Origin: Promethearchaeota archaeon
GTDB lineage: Archaea > Asgardarchaeota > Lokiarchaeia > Sigyniarchaeales > SOKP01
Direction: 5' to 3'
DNA length: 32,549 nt
Assembly: GCA_029838195.1 (NCBI GenBank)
Contig: JALGVJ010000039.1
Location: 1 to 32,549, forward strand
Part shown: piece after piece, positions 18,257 to 28,768 of the stretch
How positions within the stretch are numbered: position 1 is the stretch's first letter
How the letters are laid out: each line of letters starts with the position of its first letter
Notes under the pieces: generated by a model
What the model saw: the letters and a program-made list of their open reading frames with translations, nothing else
Databases searched by the model: none
What the model was told of the DNA's origin: nothing
Position numbers and translations under genes: made by a program

Positions 18257-18682
18257 TTACATGATAACACGATTAATTAAATTTTTTCCCGCAAGAGTCC
18301 AAAATTCAACTTGAGCAGAGGCCATTTTTGAAGGATTTGCCTGCAGTTCTTTTAATTTCTTTTTTAATTCCTCATTATCGGGCCACTGCACGTCAAAAGA
18401 GTCATAGGTATCTAAATTCATGAGGTTTATAACATTATCTTCAATATAATTAATTTGGGCATTACCTTTAATGATTTCCGGAACTTCCATCAAAGTACCA
18501 CTAGGGACGGTAATAGATCTTTTATTATTATCAAAAACACCGACGCACACAATTCTCACCTTCGCATGACCATGTTTCCCTGATTTACTTCTCTCGGAGC
18601 TTTTAATCACGCACGGTTCTCCATCTACCATGATGTAGCTCCCCGTTTTTAATTTTTGGACCTCTTCTCGTCTTATACTAAT
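18257..18682 (-). CDS. eif5a: Translation factor aIF5A/eIF5A (141 aa, probable ATT start)
   Basis: Hypusine-site motif SKSGKHGHAK. The in-frame extension upstream of ATG 18631 encodes SIRREEVQKLKTGSYI, the conserved aIF5A N-terminus. SD AGGTGA at 18689-18694. Confidence 0.93.
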   Translation of the reverse strand: MSIRREEVQKLKTGSYIMVDGEPCVIKSSERSKSGKHGHAKVRIVCVGVFDNNKRSITVPSGTLMEVPEIIKGNAQINYIEDNVINLMNLDTYDSFDVQWPDNEELKKKLKELQANPSKMASAQVEFWTLAGKNLINRVIM

Positions 18683-18817
18683 AATTCATCACCTATTAGT
18701 TAATTGTTCTGTTCTACTTTTTTAAATCCTTTATTATTATTGAATCTTTTCTAAAGAAAAAAATATTTAGCCTTCTATATATTAGATTAATAGAATAAAA
18801 AATAGAATGAATTTTTC

Positions 18818-20197
18818 ATGGTTCTCGAAAAGCTGGGAAGATCTTTAGATAATGCCATTAGAAAAATACGACGTTTACCAAAGGTGGATAAAGATGCAAT
18901 AAATGCATTAATTCAAGATTTACAGAGGGCATTATTATCTTCTGATGTGAAGGTAGAATTAGTTTTCCAGATGACTGAAAATATTAAAAAAGCAGCAATG
19001 GATACCCGTCTTCAGAAAGCAAAACGCAAGGATTTCATTATTAAATTAATTCACGATGAATTGATAAAAGTTTTAGGGGGGAAAAAAGCGCCTATTCGAA
19101 TTAAGCCAGGCAAAAAGAACGTGATTCTACTCGTGGGAATTCAAGGGTCGGGAAAAACAACCACGATTGGAAAATTAGCTCGTTATTACAAGGGTAAAGG
19201 GTGGAAAGTAGCTGTTTTAACCACGGATACATGGAGACCCGGAGCTTATGAACAGCTCTGTCAATTGGCAGAACCAATTGGAATAAAATGTTATGGAAAT
19301 CCAAAGGAGAAGAATACCTTGAAACTTGCGATAAAAGAGACTAAAAAAGCAATTCTTGACGGACATGATTTAATTATTGTAGATACTGCGGGCAGGCATA
19401 AAGAAGAGAAGGAATTAATGGAGGAAATGAAGCAATTAGAAAGAATCTTGAAGCCGAATGAAGTTATCTTGGTTATTGATGGAACATTAGGACAACAAGC
19501 CTATTCTCAAGCAGAAGAATTTGCTAAGGCTACCAATTTGGGGTCAATTATCGTTACTAAATTGGATGGAACGGCTAAAGGAGGGGGGGCATTATCCGCA
19601 TGTGCGGCTACTAATGTCCCGATAAGATTCATTGGAACGGGAGAAAAAATTGATGAGTTAGAAGAATTTGATCCTACTGCTTTTGTTGGAACTTTATTAG
19701 GGATTCCGAACATTGGTGCCTTAATTGAAAGAGTGCAAGAGGCAGAAGCCATGCCAGATCCTGAGACCGTTAAAAGAATGATGCACGGAAAATTTACTTT
19801 GGAAGATCTTTATCTTCAATTAAAATCCATAAAAAAAGTTGGCAAGTTCAAGCAAATACTTTCTATGATGGGAGGAGGCAACATTCCAGACGCTTTAAAA
19901 GAAGATGCTCAAAAACATTTAGATAAATGGGAAGTCGTTCTAAATTCTATGACGGAAGAAGAAAAAACAAATCCCAAAATCATTAAGAAATCCCGAAAGA
20001 GGAGGATTGCCATTGGCTCGGGAACGGATTATGCTATCATAAATAAAATGTTAGATCAATACAATCAAATGAAAAAAATGATTAAACAATTCATGCAATT
20101 GCGGCAGAAAGGGAAAAAGGGAATGCCATTAATGCCTGGGATGGGAAAAGGCGCTCAACAATTCATTAATAAGTTATCGAAAGAGTTTAAATTTTAA
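18818..20197 (+). CDS. srp54: Signal recognition particle protein SRP54
   Basis: [34 protein letters not shown], Met-rich M domain with [11 protein letters not shown]. Confidence 0.97.
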   Translation: MVLEKLGRSLDNAIRKIRRLPKVDKDAINALIQDLQRALLSSDVKVELVFQMTENIKKAAMDTRLQKAKRKDFIIKLIHDELIKVLGGKKAPIRIKPGKKNVILLVGIQGSGKTTTIGKLARYYKGKGWKVAVLTTDTWRPGAYEQLCQLAEPIGIKCYGNPKEKNTLKLAIKETKKAILDGHDLIIVDTAGRHKEEKELMEEMKQLERILKPNEVILVIDGTLGQQAYSQAEEFAKATNLGSIIVTKLDGTAKGGGALSACAATNVPIRFIGTGEKIDELEEFDPTAFVGTLLGIPNIGALIERVQEAEAMPDPETVKRMMHGKFTLEDLYLQLKSIKKVGKFKQILSMMGGGNIPDALKEDAQKHLDKWEVVLNSMTEEEKTNPKIIKKSRKRRIAIGSGTDYAIINKMLDQYNQMKKMIKQFMQLRQKGKKGMPLMPGMGKGAQQFINKLSKEFKF

Positions 20198-20236
20198 AAA
20201 CTTACCTCAATTATCGCATGAAAAAGCTGGATTAGT

Positions 20237-20902
20237 TTGGTTAATTTTTTATTAATCATTAAACGGATCGTTCCCTTTACGAAAAAAGATATTGATAAAG
20301 GCAATACACCATTAGAAATATATGATCTTTGCATGTCCCTTAAAGAGACCTTTTGTTTATCTTATGCAATTAGGAAATTAAATAATCTTTATCTATATTT
20401 TATCGAGGAATCTTTTTTCATTAGATTTAAAGGGGAACAATTAAGATATTTAGGTCCTGATGAGCGTTCTCAAGCCATATTATTAAATAAGGCAATAAAT
20501 TTATATCCTTCAATTTTAGAAGAAAAAAGAAATAATTGGAGGAAATCCACGCCTGGCATTCATGTGAAGAGAATTTCTGATTTTTTTGAAGAATTTAACG
20601 CTTTATTTGGTGAGATGATGAAATTCCTCATTCTAAAAAACATTCATTTAAAAGAAACGTCTATTAATTTAGAAAAAGAATTGGAGGAAATAACAAGGAA
20701 TTCACAAAAAGTTTTATTTATTTTGCCATTTCCTGAAGTGGAAGACGAATCGATGATTTTCATGAAAAAGCTGGAAAGGATTACACATGTAAAAATCCAT
20801 AAATTGTCTTTTTTAAGCAGAGTATCGGATAAAATTTTATATATTAATTATCAATGGGATTTAATAGAAGAAAAAACATGTAGAAATGGGGATCTTCAAT
20901 GA
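20237..20902 (+). CDS. TrmY-like (tRNA pseudouridine-54 N1-methyltransferase-like) SPOUT protein, divergent
   Basis: FCLSYAIRK, LRYLGPDERS.AILLNKA, STPGIHV motifs; TTG start; C-terminal SAM-binding motifs not recognisable. Confidence 0.65.
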   Translation: MVNFLLIIKRIVPFTKKDIDKGNTPLEIYDLCMSLKETFCLSYAIRKLNNLYLYFIEESFFIRFKGEQLRYLGPDERSQAILLNKAINLYPSILEEKRNNWRKSTPGIHVKRISDFFEEFNALFGEMMKFLILKNIHLKETSINLEKELEEITRNSQKVLFILPFPEVEDESMIFMKKLERITHVKIHKLSFLSRVSDKILYINYQWDLIEEKTCRNGDLQ

Positions 20903-22293
20903 TATTAAAAGATGCGAGAATTTTCATGAATGGATCTCTCAAGAAAGGTGCGATTTTAATTAATCAAGGTCTCATAGACGCGGTTAATTTGGAAAAAAAT
21001 CACCATGCGTTTTCTCTACTAAGAAAAAATAATCAAGATGGAAAGGAAATCGATTGTAAGGATAAGATTGTTCTTCCAGGTATCATAGACATTCATTCCC
21101 ATTTGAGAGATTTGGAACAAAAAGAAAAAGAAACTTTTGAAACGGGAACAAGAGCCGCCATATCAGCGGGAATTACTACGGTATTTAACATGCCAAATAC
21201 CAAGCCACCCGCTATCACTTCTGAAATTGTGGAAAAATGGATGAAAGCGGCAACTAAAAAAATACACGCAAACGTAGGATTTATAGCAGGCGTTCCGTGG
21301 GACATTAATCATGAAGAAATTATTAAAATGAAACAATTGGGCATCATGGGATTGAAAGTGTATCCTCATGCTCCTCTTAATGGAATTGATTGGACAATAG
21401 AAGAAAATCTTCAAAAAATCTTATTTTTATCAGCCCAACTCCGCTTACCGATATTTTTTCATCCCGCTTGGCCCAACAAGGAAAGACAAGAGAAAAAAAT
21501 CCAAGATTTCCTTTCTGAAGGCATGAATCTACTTGAGATACATGATAGATTGAACCCCGTTGAAAATGAAGTGAAATTTATCAATTTCCTATTAAAAAAT
21601 TACATAAAATTTGAAAAGGAAAATAAAGCCCAAGTAAAAGAGCTTCCCATCATTCACGTGTGCCATGTTAGTTCTATTGAGGGATATAAAGTATTAAAAG
21701 AAGTGATTAATGGTGCAGATAAAAGAAAAATATCATTTGAAGTCACTCCTCACCATCTCCTTCTTTCTAATAGAATAAAGATTTCTAAAGAAAGTTTTGG
21801 AAAGGTACTACCGCCCTTAAGGAATCCGGAACATCCTCAATTTCTTTTTAAGGAGTTTGCTGAAGGTAAGATTTCCCTTATAGGTACTGACCATGCTCCT
21901 CATCAATTAGAGGAAAAATCACGCGATTTTTTTAAAACACCTTCAGGTTTTCCCGGATTTGAAACTTATCCATTGGTTCTATTAGAAAAGGTGTTCTCTA
22001 ATCATTTTTCGCTGGATGCATTCGTGCGTGCTTCTTCTGAAAATCCAGCTAGAATCTTTGAATTGAAAAGAAAAGGATTCATAAAAGAAGGATTTGATGC
22101 GGATTTAATGATCTTCGAGAAAACAAAACCCTATCCTATAACTTGCCAAAATTTTCATACAAAAGCAAAATATTCGCCTTTTGAAAATTTTCGCACGTCT
22201 ATTAAAATTTGGAAGGTATTTTTACGGGGGAAAAAGGTCGATCCTACTGAATCTCAACCCCAAGGAAAAATAATAAAACCAATCCCTTCATAA
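20899..22293 (+). CDS. pyrC: Dihydroorotase (amidohydrolase superfamily)
   Basis: PGIIDIHSHLRD, NMPNTKP, HVCHVSS, EVTPHHL, PPLR, GTDHAPH, NPARIF, GFDADL; ATGA overlap with the upstream gene. Confidence 0.88.
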   Translation: MILKDARIFMNGSLKKGAILINQGLIDAVNLEKNHHAFSLLRKNNQDGKEIDCKDKIVLPGIIDIHSHLRDLEQKEKETFETGTRAAISAGITTVFNMPNTKPPAITSEIVEKWMKAATKKIHANVGFIAGVPWDINHEEIIKMKQLGIMGLKVYPHAPLNGIDWTIEENLQKILFLSAQLRLPIFFHPAWPNKERQEKKIQDFLSEGMNLLEIHDRLNPVENEVKFINFLLKNYIKFEKENKAQVKELPIIHVCHVSSIEGYKVLKEVINGADKRKISFEVTPHHLLLSNRIKISKESFGKVLPPLRNPEHPQFLFKEFAEGKISLIGTDHAPHQLEEKSRDFFKTPSGFPGFETYPLVLLEKVFSNHFSLDAFVRASSENPARIFELKRKGFIKEGFDADLMIFEKTKPYPITCQNFHTKAKYSPFENFRTSIKIWKVFLRGKKVDPTESQPQGKIIKPIPS

Positions 22294-22324
22294 TATAATA
22301 CAATTATTATCAAGGTAAATCGTG

Positions 22325-22972
22325 ATGTCTGAAAAAGAAGAAGAAAAATTCACGGTGGAAGATGGCAAAATGCTAATTAGATTTGCCAGAGAAAACATAG
22401 AATATTTCTTGAAAAATAATGTTAGGATGCCTGTTCCTCCTGAAATTAAAGAAAAATTCAATGAAAAGTATGGCGCCTTTGTCACGCTTAATAAATATCC
22501 CATTAAAGGAAATCCTTTGAGAGGTTGCATTGGATATATAGAACCAATTTATCCGCTCTATGATGTCGTGCATAAAGTCTCCATCAGTGCTGCTATAGAG
22601 GACCCCCGTTTTCCTTCGGTGACATTAGAAGAAATGAATAATATTGTCATCGAATTATCGATTTTAACCCCACCCAAATTAATTAAAATAACGGATCCTA
22701 AAGAATATTTAAATAAAATCGTTATTGGACGAGACGGTCTCATTGCAGAAAAAGGAATGAGAAGGGGGTTATTGTTACCTCAAGTTCCCGTTGAGCACGA
22801 CAGAAATTGGAGCGTGGAGCAATTTTTAAATTATACGTGTCAAAAAGCCTGGCTCCCCATGGATGCGTGGAAAGATCCATCCACGAAAATCTATTCTTTT
22901 CAAGCCATTTTATTTGAGGAAGTAACCCCAAGGGGAGAAGTTGTCAGAAAATATTTGAACAAACGAGAATGA
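22325..22972 (+). CDS. AMMECR1-domain protein
   Basis: GAFVTL, LRGCIG, AAIEDPRF, IELSILTPP, GLLLPQVP, CQKA motifs. Confidence 0.93.
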   Translation: MSEKEEEKFTVEDGKMLIRFARENIEYFLKNNVRMPVPPEIKEKFNEKYGAFVTLNKYPIKGNPLRGCIGYIEPIYPLYDVVHKVSISAAIEDPRFPSVTLEEMNNIVIELSILTPPKLIKITDPKEYLNKIVIGRDGLIAEKGMRRGLLLPQVPVEHDRNWSVEQFLNYTCQKAWLPMDAWKDPSTKIYSFQAILFEEVTPRGEVVRKYLNKRE

Positions 22973-23102
22973 TTCTTAAATCGGTTTTTTAGAAGCGAAA
23001 CTGATTCTCTTTTTTCTTTTTTAAATTAAACACAATTTATTTATATTCCTTGATCAAACTATTAATTACTATTTATCTAAATTATTAAATCATTTAATTC
23101 TC

Positions 23103-24614
23103 ATGTCAACGAGTAAAAAAATCATTAGTCTTGATTTCTCTTCTAAAAATATCAAAGTCGGATTAGTAACAGACCAATTAAAATTAATTGCTACAAGTTT
23201 TCAGCCATATACTTTAATAAATGAGGATGTAGATGGCTTTGCTAAACGATTTTCCATAGAGGAAATTTGGGACAAGATTCTTTTGGGAATGAAAACTGTC
23301 TTATCCTCTTCTAAGACCGACTCTAAGGAACTCATTGGAATCTCCTCTTGCGCCCAGCGAATGGCAGTGGTCTTTTTAGATAAAGATGGTAATGAATTAT
23401 ATGGTGGCCCCAATATCGATATAAGAGGAATAGATTCCGCTTATTTAATTGAAGATGAATTCACTGAAGAGGAACTGTTTAATATTACGGGGCATTTGCC
23501 TTCCATATTATTTTGCTTGGCACGCTTGCTATGGTTTAAAGAGGAAGAAGAAGAAACATATAGTAAAATTAATAAAATCTTAATGTTGGATGATTGGATC
23601 ATATATCGCCTCACGGGAACATTCTGCACGGATAAAACTTCTGCATCAGAATCTCAGCTTTTTGATGTTCAAAAAGGAGAATGGAGTTCTGAGATAATCG
23701 AAGCATTTAAATTCGAAAATGAGTGGTTTCCTCCCATTATGGATTCAGGAACTATCGTTGGAGAATTGAAAGAAGAAATATCAAAAAAAATAGGATTAGA
23801 AAGGAATCATCTTCCAGTCATAAAAAGTGGAGGAGATACCCAAGCTACTCTTTTAGGAATGGGAGCAATTGAGGAAGGTAATATTGGCCTTAGTTTAGGT
23901 ACCACAGCTCCCCTTCATTTAGTTGTTGATAAACCGATTTTAGATGCGGAATGTAACCATTGGCTCATGCATCACTCTATCAAGAATAAATGGATAATAG
24001 AGGCTAATGCGGGAAATACAGGCACGGTATATGATTGGTATAAAGATTGTTTTTTAAGAGAGCTAACAAATGACCCGGATGCGTTAATAGAAACTCATCT
24101 TAGAACCATGGATTTAACAGATGATTCCACCTTTGCTTTTTTGGGCCCTGAACTCATGAGAATAAAGGATCAAACCTCAATCAAAAGAGGCGTATTTTTA
24201 TTTCAAGCACCCGTGATGGTTGCTGAAACATTTACAAAACTTCCTAATTTTACTAAAGCCGTCATGGATAATATCGGATTTGGCATTCTTGAAAGTCATC
24301 AAGCCTTAAAAAAATTTAGTTCTGCGAAAATCGAAACTTTTTGTGCCGGGGGATTATCTCATTCCACAGAATTTTGTAAATTATTGGCAAATATATTAAA
24401 TACAGAACTGAAAGTACCCAAAATTAGAGATTCTGCTTTCATTGGAACCGCTATCAACACGTTAGTAGCTTTAGACCGATATAAAAATGAACGGGAGGTG
24501 GTAGATAAATTAATAGAACATGAAAGATTCCCGATAAATCTAGAACTGGCTGATAAATATCAAACGATCTATAAAGAATGGAAACGATTAAATGAAAAAA
24601 TTAGTGAATTTTAA
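23103..24614 (+). CDS. FGGY-family carbohydrate kinase (LsrK-like, divergent N-terminal motif)
   Basis: SSCAQR, PNIDIRG, ARLLWFK, DWIIYRLTG, GGDTQ, SLGTTAP, AGGLS. Confidence 0.85.
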   Translation: MSTSKKIISLDFSSKNIKVGLVTDQLKLIATSFQPYTLINEDVDGFAKRFSIEEIWDKILLGMKTVLSSSKTDSKELIGISSCAQRMAVVFLDKDGNELYGGPNIDIRGIDSAYLIEDEFTEEELFNITGHLPSILFCLARLLWFKEEEEETYSKINKILMLDDWIIYRLTGTFCTDKTSASESQLFDVQKGEWSSEIIEAFKFENEWFPPIMDSGTIVGELKEEISKKIGLERNHLPVIKSGGDTQATLLGMGAIEEGNIGLSLGTTAPLHLVVDKPILDAECNHWLMHHSIKNKWIIEANAGNTGTVYDWYKDCFLRELTNDPDALIETHLRTMDLTDDSTFAFLGPELMRIKDQTSIKRGVFLFQAPVMVAETFTKLPNFTKAVMDNIGFGILESHQALKKFSSAKIETFCAGGLSHSTEFCKLLANILNTELKVPKIRDSAFIGTAINTLVALDRYKNEREVVDKLIEHERFPINLELADKYQTIYKEWKRLNEKISEF

Positions 24615-24620
24615 GCTGAA

Positions 24621-24647
24621 CTCCCATGAAGGCCTATATCATGGGAG
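24621..24647 (+). promoter_or_regulatory. 9-bp stem hairpin just after the kinase stop (terminator or stability element)
   Basis: CTCCCATGA 24621-24629 pairs with TCATGGGAG 24639-24647; T run at about 24663-24669. Confidence 0.45.
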
Positions 24648-24774
24648 GGGTGTAATTCAAGGTTTTTTTAGCGTGCGAATTTCTTTAAAAAACATTTTAA
24701 TTTTAATTAAACCATTATTAATTAGTAAAAAACATGAATTTTAAAAAATAATAAAGAAGTTAGAGGGAATAAAA

Positions 24775-25122
24775 ATGAGTTTTACCTCGGTAGAAGATTG
24801 TTTGAAAGAGATTGAGAATAGATATAACAGCTCTGACAAAATCAAGAAAAAATTAAAAGATTATTCTGACCCGATTCAAATGACCTTTTTAGACACGGGA
24901 CGAAAAGCACTTCTTTTAATAAATAAAGATCATGGCATTGAAACGAAATTAGGAGAGGGAGATGAGAATGCCCCTGTAAAGATTGATTTTACTTCGGAAC
25001 AAGTAATGGTGGACATGTTCAATAAAAAAATTGGGGGGGTTAAAGCCTATTCTTCAGGAAAAATTAAGATCGTGCAAGGAAAAGCGAGAAATCTAATGAA
25101 ACTCAGGAGCATCATGTTTTAA
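24775..25122 (+). CDS. SCP2 (sterol carrier protein 2)-like lipid-binding domain protein
   Basis: 115 aa ending in DMFNKKIGGVKAYSSGKIKIVQG....LMKL, the SCP2 signature. Confidence 0.75.
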   Translation: MSFTSVEDCLKEIENRYNSSDKIKKKLKDYSDPIQMTFLDTGRKALLLINKDHGIETKLGEGDENAPVKIDFTSEQVMVDMFNKKIGGVKAYSSGKIKIVQGKARNLMKLRSIMF

Positions 25123-25206
25123 CCCAGCATTTAAATCCTTTTTTTTGAAAAGATTCATTCATTCAAAACTAAAATATTTTAATCAAGAGGAATAAGTCAA
25201 GTAATC

Positions 25207-26208
25207 ATGAAAGCTTACATAACAGCTTGTATTGAAGAAAAGAGTTTAGAAGAGCTGAAAAAACTGGTTGATGTTACTTATGAACCGTGGAGGGTTAAAA
25301 AAACCCTTTATTTTGATGTGGAGGAGCTCATGGAACAATTAGAAGGGCAAGATATTTTCATTACGGAAGTAGATGATTTAAAAAAAGAAGAATTTTTCGA
25401 AAAAACGAACGTGAAATTAGTTATTTCTTGTAGGGGAGATCCCTTTAACGTGAATTTAGAGGCTGCAACTAAAAACAACATTCCCGTTTTAAATACTCCC
25501 CTCCGAAATGTGGATGCTGTAGCTGAGCTAACCGTTGGACTAATGCTAGTGCTTGCTCGAAAGCTTCATGAAATAGACCGAGTTTTACATTCAGAATCAT
25601 TTGAAGTAATTGAATTTGAAGATTATCTGGATTATTTAAATCAATTCATTGGATTTGAATTAAAGGGGAAAACCATTGGAATTGTTGGTTTTGGACAAAT
25701 TGGAACCCGTGTAGCTGACCGGTTAAAGCCCTTTGGAGTGCAGTTTTTAATTCATGATCCCTTTGTACCCGATGATAAAATAAAGAGCTATGGTGAAAAA
25801 GTAGAATTAGATCGCTTAATGAAGGAATCCGATATCATTACCATTCATGTCATGGCCACGGATGAAAATGATAATCTAATTAATGAAGAGAGGATAAATA
25901 TGATGAAAAAAAATGCCTATTTAATAAATACTTCCAAGGGATCCTTAGTAGATTATGATGCGCTACACGAGGCCTTAAAGGAAAAGAGAATTGCAGGCGC
26001 CGCTTTAGATGTCTTTCCCATGGAGCCCGTAGATGAGGACAATGAATTTTTAGAATTAGATAACGTCATTGTGACTCCACATGTAGGAGGTAATACCCGT
26101 GAGATTTTTGCCAGGCAGGGAAAAATGATTGTTGAGGATATCAAATCATGGCTAAATGGAGAAATCCCCAAACATATTTTAAATCCAGAAGTATTTAATA
26201 AGAAGTGA
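25207..26208 (+). CDS. D-isomer-specific 2-hydroxyacid dehydrogenase
   Basis: NTP.RN..AVAE, GIVGFGQIG, LINTSKG, AALDVF..EP, VTPHVGG. Confidence 0.92.
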   Translation: MKAYITACIEEKSLEELKKLVDVTYEPWRVKKTLYFDVEELMEQLEGQDIFITEVDDLKKEEFFEKTNVKLVISCRGDPFNVNLEAATKNNIPVLNTPLRNVDAVAELTVGLMLVLARKLHEIDRVLHSESFEVIEFEDYLDYLNQFIGFELKGKTIGIVGFGQIGTRVADRLKPFGVQFLIHDPFVPDDKIKSYGEKVELDRLMKESDIITIHVMATDENDNLINEERINMMKKNAYLINTSKGSLVDYDALHEALKEKRIAGAALDVFPMEPVDEDNEFLELDNVIVTPHVGGNTREIFARQGKMIVEDIKSWLNGEIPKHILNPEVFNKK

Positions 26209-26214
26209 GGTTTA

Positions 26215-26880
26215 ATGAGTGAGAAAATATTGGAATTAAAAAAAGAGATTGTAAAGACTTGTTTAAAATTATTAGAAAAAGATCACGTCTTAGGGTCAGC
26301 AGGAAACGTGAGCGTGAGAGTACGCGAAGAAAATGAGGAACACGTGCTCATTACTCCCAGTGGCGTGAATTATACGATGATGGAACCAAAAGACGTATTA
26401 ACATTAAACATGGAAGGGCAAGTAATTGAAGGAGAACGAAATCCCTCTGTGGAAAAAGATTTACATCTTGGTATTTATAAAGCTAGAGATGATGTAGATG
26501 CCATTATTCATGCTCATAGTATTTATTCTACCGTTTTAAGCACGCTCAAGCTCTCAATTCCCCCGATTATTGAGGAGCTCATTCCCTACGTGGGCGGCGA
26601 AATCACTTGTGCGGAATATGGAGAGGCGGGAAGTGAAGAATTAGCTCAAAATGTTGTGGAGAGCTTGGGAGAAAAAAATGCGATACTATTACCCAATCAT
26701 GGAAATTTATGCTGTGGAAGCTCTTTAGAAGGCGCATTTACCGTTTTAGAATACCTTGAGAGAGGGGCAAAAATTTATTACATGGCACGAATAATTAAAG
26801 AACCGAATGTATTGCCTGAAGATACAGTTGAATTTGAAAAAGAAGTGTTTGAGGTATTTAAAGAATCTAAAAAGATATAA
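26215..26880 (+). CDS. Class II aldolase/adducin family (fuculose-1-phosphate aldolase-like)
   Basis: GNVSVR, ITPSG, PSVE..LH..IY, AIIHAHS, LLPNHG (Zn-binding His). Confidence 0.92.
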   Translation: MSEKILELKKEIVKTCLKLLEKDHVLGSAGNVSVRVREENEEHVLITPSGVNYTMMEPKDVLTLNMEGQVIEGERNPSVEKDLHLGIYKARDDVDAIIHAHSIYSTVLSTLKLSIPPIIEELIPYVGGEITCAEYGEAGSEELAQNVVESLGEKNAILLPNHGNLCCGSSLEGAFTVLEYLERGAKIYYMARIIKEPNVLPEDTVEFEKEVFEVFKESKKI

Positions 26881-27070
26881 TCTAATTTTTTTTTTCTTTA
26901 TTAAAATTTATTAATTCTAATTTGGTTAACAAAGATTGCCCGCGCTTTAAAAGTAAGAAAAGAATTCATGATAAATGTTTAAACCCCATTAATTAAAAGC
27001 GTGGTTCGCTTTTCTCAAATTTGTATTTTTTGAGATTTTTACCTAAAATTTATTAGCTTTTTCTTAAATT

Positions 27071-27379
27071 TTAAGCATTAAAAATTAAGTAGCAGGTTTG
27101 CGTGAATAAAAAAATTCCCATCAAAACAATTAAAATGAAAGAAAAAGTATAAAGTAAATCATGAATGCGAATAGCTTCCAAACTATAATATAATAAAACT
27201 TTTTTCAATGACAAGAGCAAATCATGAAGCGGAATGAGTAGAATAAAGTACTCTATCATTACAATAAAATTTACCAAGAGGTCAGCTGAAAAAACAATAA
27301 AAGTGAAATTAAGCAATAAAAAACCAAGAATTATAAGAATCTTCATGATGATTAGATTTATTACGATTACCATGGTCAT
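27071..27379 (-). CDS. Possible small membrane protein (uncertain, possibly frameshifted)
   Basis: 102-aa hydrophobic ORF in an AT-rich stretch; no recognised family. Confidence 0.35.
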   Translation of the reverse strand: MTMVIVINLIIMKILIILGFLLLNFTFIVFSADLLVNFIVMIEYFILLIPLHDLLLSLKKVLLYYSLEAIRIHDLLYTFSFILIVLMGIFLFTQTCYLIFNA

Positions 27380-27509
27380 TCATGATTTTTTTTTAATGTA
27401 TTTAAACTCCGAGGCACGTATAGAAAAATAATTAGATCCTCCTCTCGCCACGAAAAAAGAATAGAAAAAGTTTAAAATTTAAAGAAAAAAAGAGGTAAAT
27501 TGTATAATG

Positions 27510-27863
27510 TTATTTATAAAGGATACATGCGATAAGATTAAATTTCCAAGGCGCCTCTGAACCTTTATAGATAAGACTTTTAATATCTTCGGAAGGTTCC
27601 ATGTTGGCATGTTTTTTAAAAACATTCCAAGCAAGATCTCCAATTAAATCCCCATTTTCCATGATATCATCAAAATTTTCTTTCACGCCAGCCCAGAAAA
27701 TCCTTTTAGCATCCATGATTTCTTTCAATTGGACTAAATCCATTAAACCTTCTAATACAATATTTTCACTCACATTAGGAAAATACTCACTGAACTTTTT
27801 TGAAATTTCTTCAGGAGTTCCTAAATTTCTATCGTATAAGAAAGCGATTCCAATAGCTTTCAT
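27510..27863 (-). CDS. Hypothetical protein (117 aa)
   Basis: Protein-like composition; AGGTTGA SD-like motif just upstream of the ATG. Confidence 0.75.
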   Translation of the reverse strand: MKAIGIAFLYDRNLGTPEEISKKFSEYFPNVSENIVLEGLMDLVQLKEIMDAKRIFWAGVKENFDDIMENGDLIGDLAWNVFKKHANMEPSEDIKSLIYKGSEAPWKFNLIACILYK

Positions 27864-27948
27864 TAATTGTCAACCTTAAAAGGCCATGTTTTATGTTTAA
27901 CTATTTTTTCTTTATTTTATCCTTTAAGATTATATTTCATAAAATATT

Positions 27949-28506
27949 TCATTCAATGAGGGTTTTCCCTTCTTTTATCCAATCCATGAGTGTCTCTTTA
28001 GAAACACCTTCCAATTTTCCGATCTTTTTTTTTAAGATCGGTGGAACAGAGCATTTCGACGTCCATTATTCCCATGCGAATCAATTCTTTATTTAATTTC
28101 AATGTCATGCCGGTTAATGTCCATTAATGGGACGCCTTTTATTAAATTTTCCTCATGTTTACTCTTTTCAATTTTTTCAACTTCTTGCAAGGAACATCTT
28201 GCGATTACAATTCCAGCTAATCCCATGAGAATTTTGATTATTACTAATATTATTGGAGGAGATGAGAGAATAATTAGTTTTAATCAATTTCACGCCATTA
28301 ATGCTCCTCCTTGTCCGTTAAAGGTTATATATTATTAGACATGGTTAAATGAGAATCTTCTTCAATGAAAATTCCATCTCTTGAATTTCGCTACACCAAG
28401 ATCCGTTTAATTCTTGATTATTTTCCTTCTCTTTATATAATTTAAAGTCTTTATCACGATCCCGTTCAAATTTAGCTCCATTTTCATTATAAATCGTGGA
28501 AATCAT
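27949..28506 (-). pseudogene. Decayed gene: beta-helix-like repeat fragments followed by a helix-hairpin-helix-like C-terminus
   Basis: Manual translation gives fragments in changing frames: ITFNGQGG / NGVKLIKTNYSLISSNNISNNQNSHGI / EENLIKGVPLMDI / LNKELIRMGIMDVEMLCSTDLKK / KIGKLEGVSKETLMDWIKEGKTLIE*. One shift falls at an A9 run (28025-28033). Confidence 0.5.
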
Positions 28507-28768
28507 GAAAAAAAGAAGAAAATGAGTGTATTATAGAAAATGATGATTGCTTGATTTTTTTTTTTAAAAATCTTAATATTGTACTCTCTTATAAAATCAC
28601 TAAAAAAAACAATGATTAATTTATTTTCATGTGTTTAAAACTCCCTTAAATAATTTAAGAAGATATAAATTTCTAATAAATGTTTATTTTTTAAAAATGG
28701 ATAATTTTTACAATAAAGAACTAGTAATCTTATTTTAATTGCTTCAAATAAATAGCGTTCACACCATC

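Noticed and set aside
18680-18689. A micro-intron joining the upstream ATG to the aIF5A frame
   Set aside because: It would need removal of only about 7 nt and no BHB can form; an ATT start is simpler.
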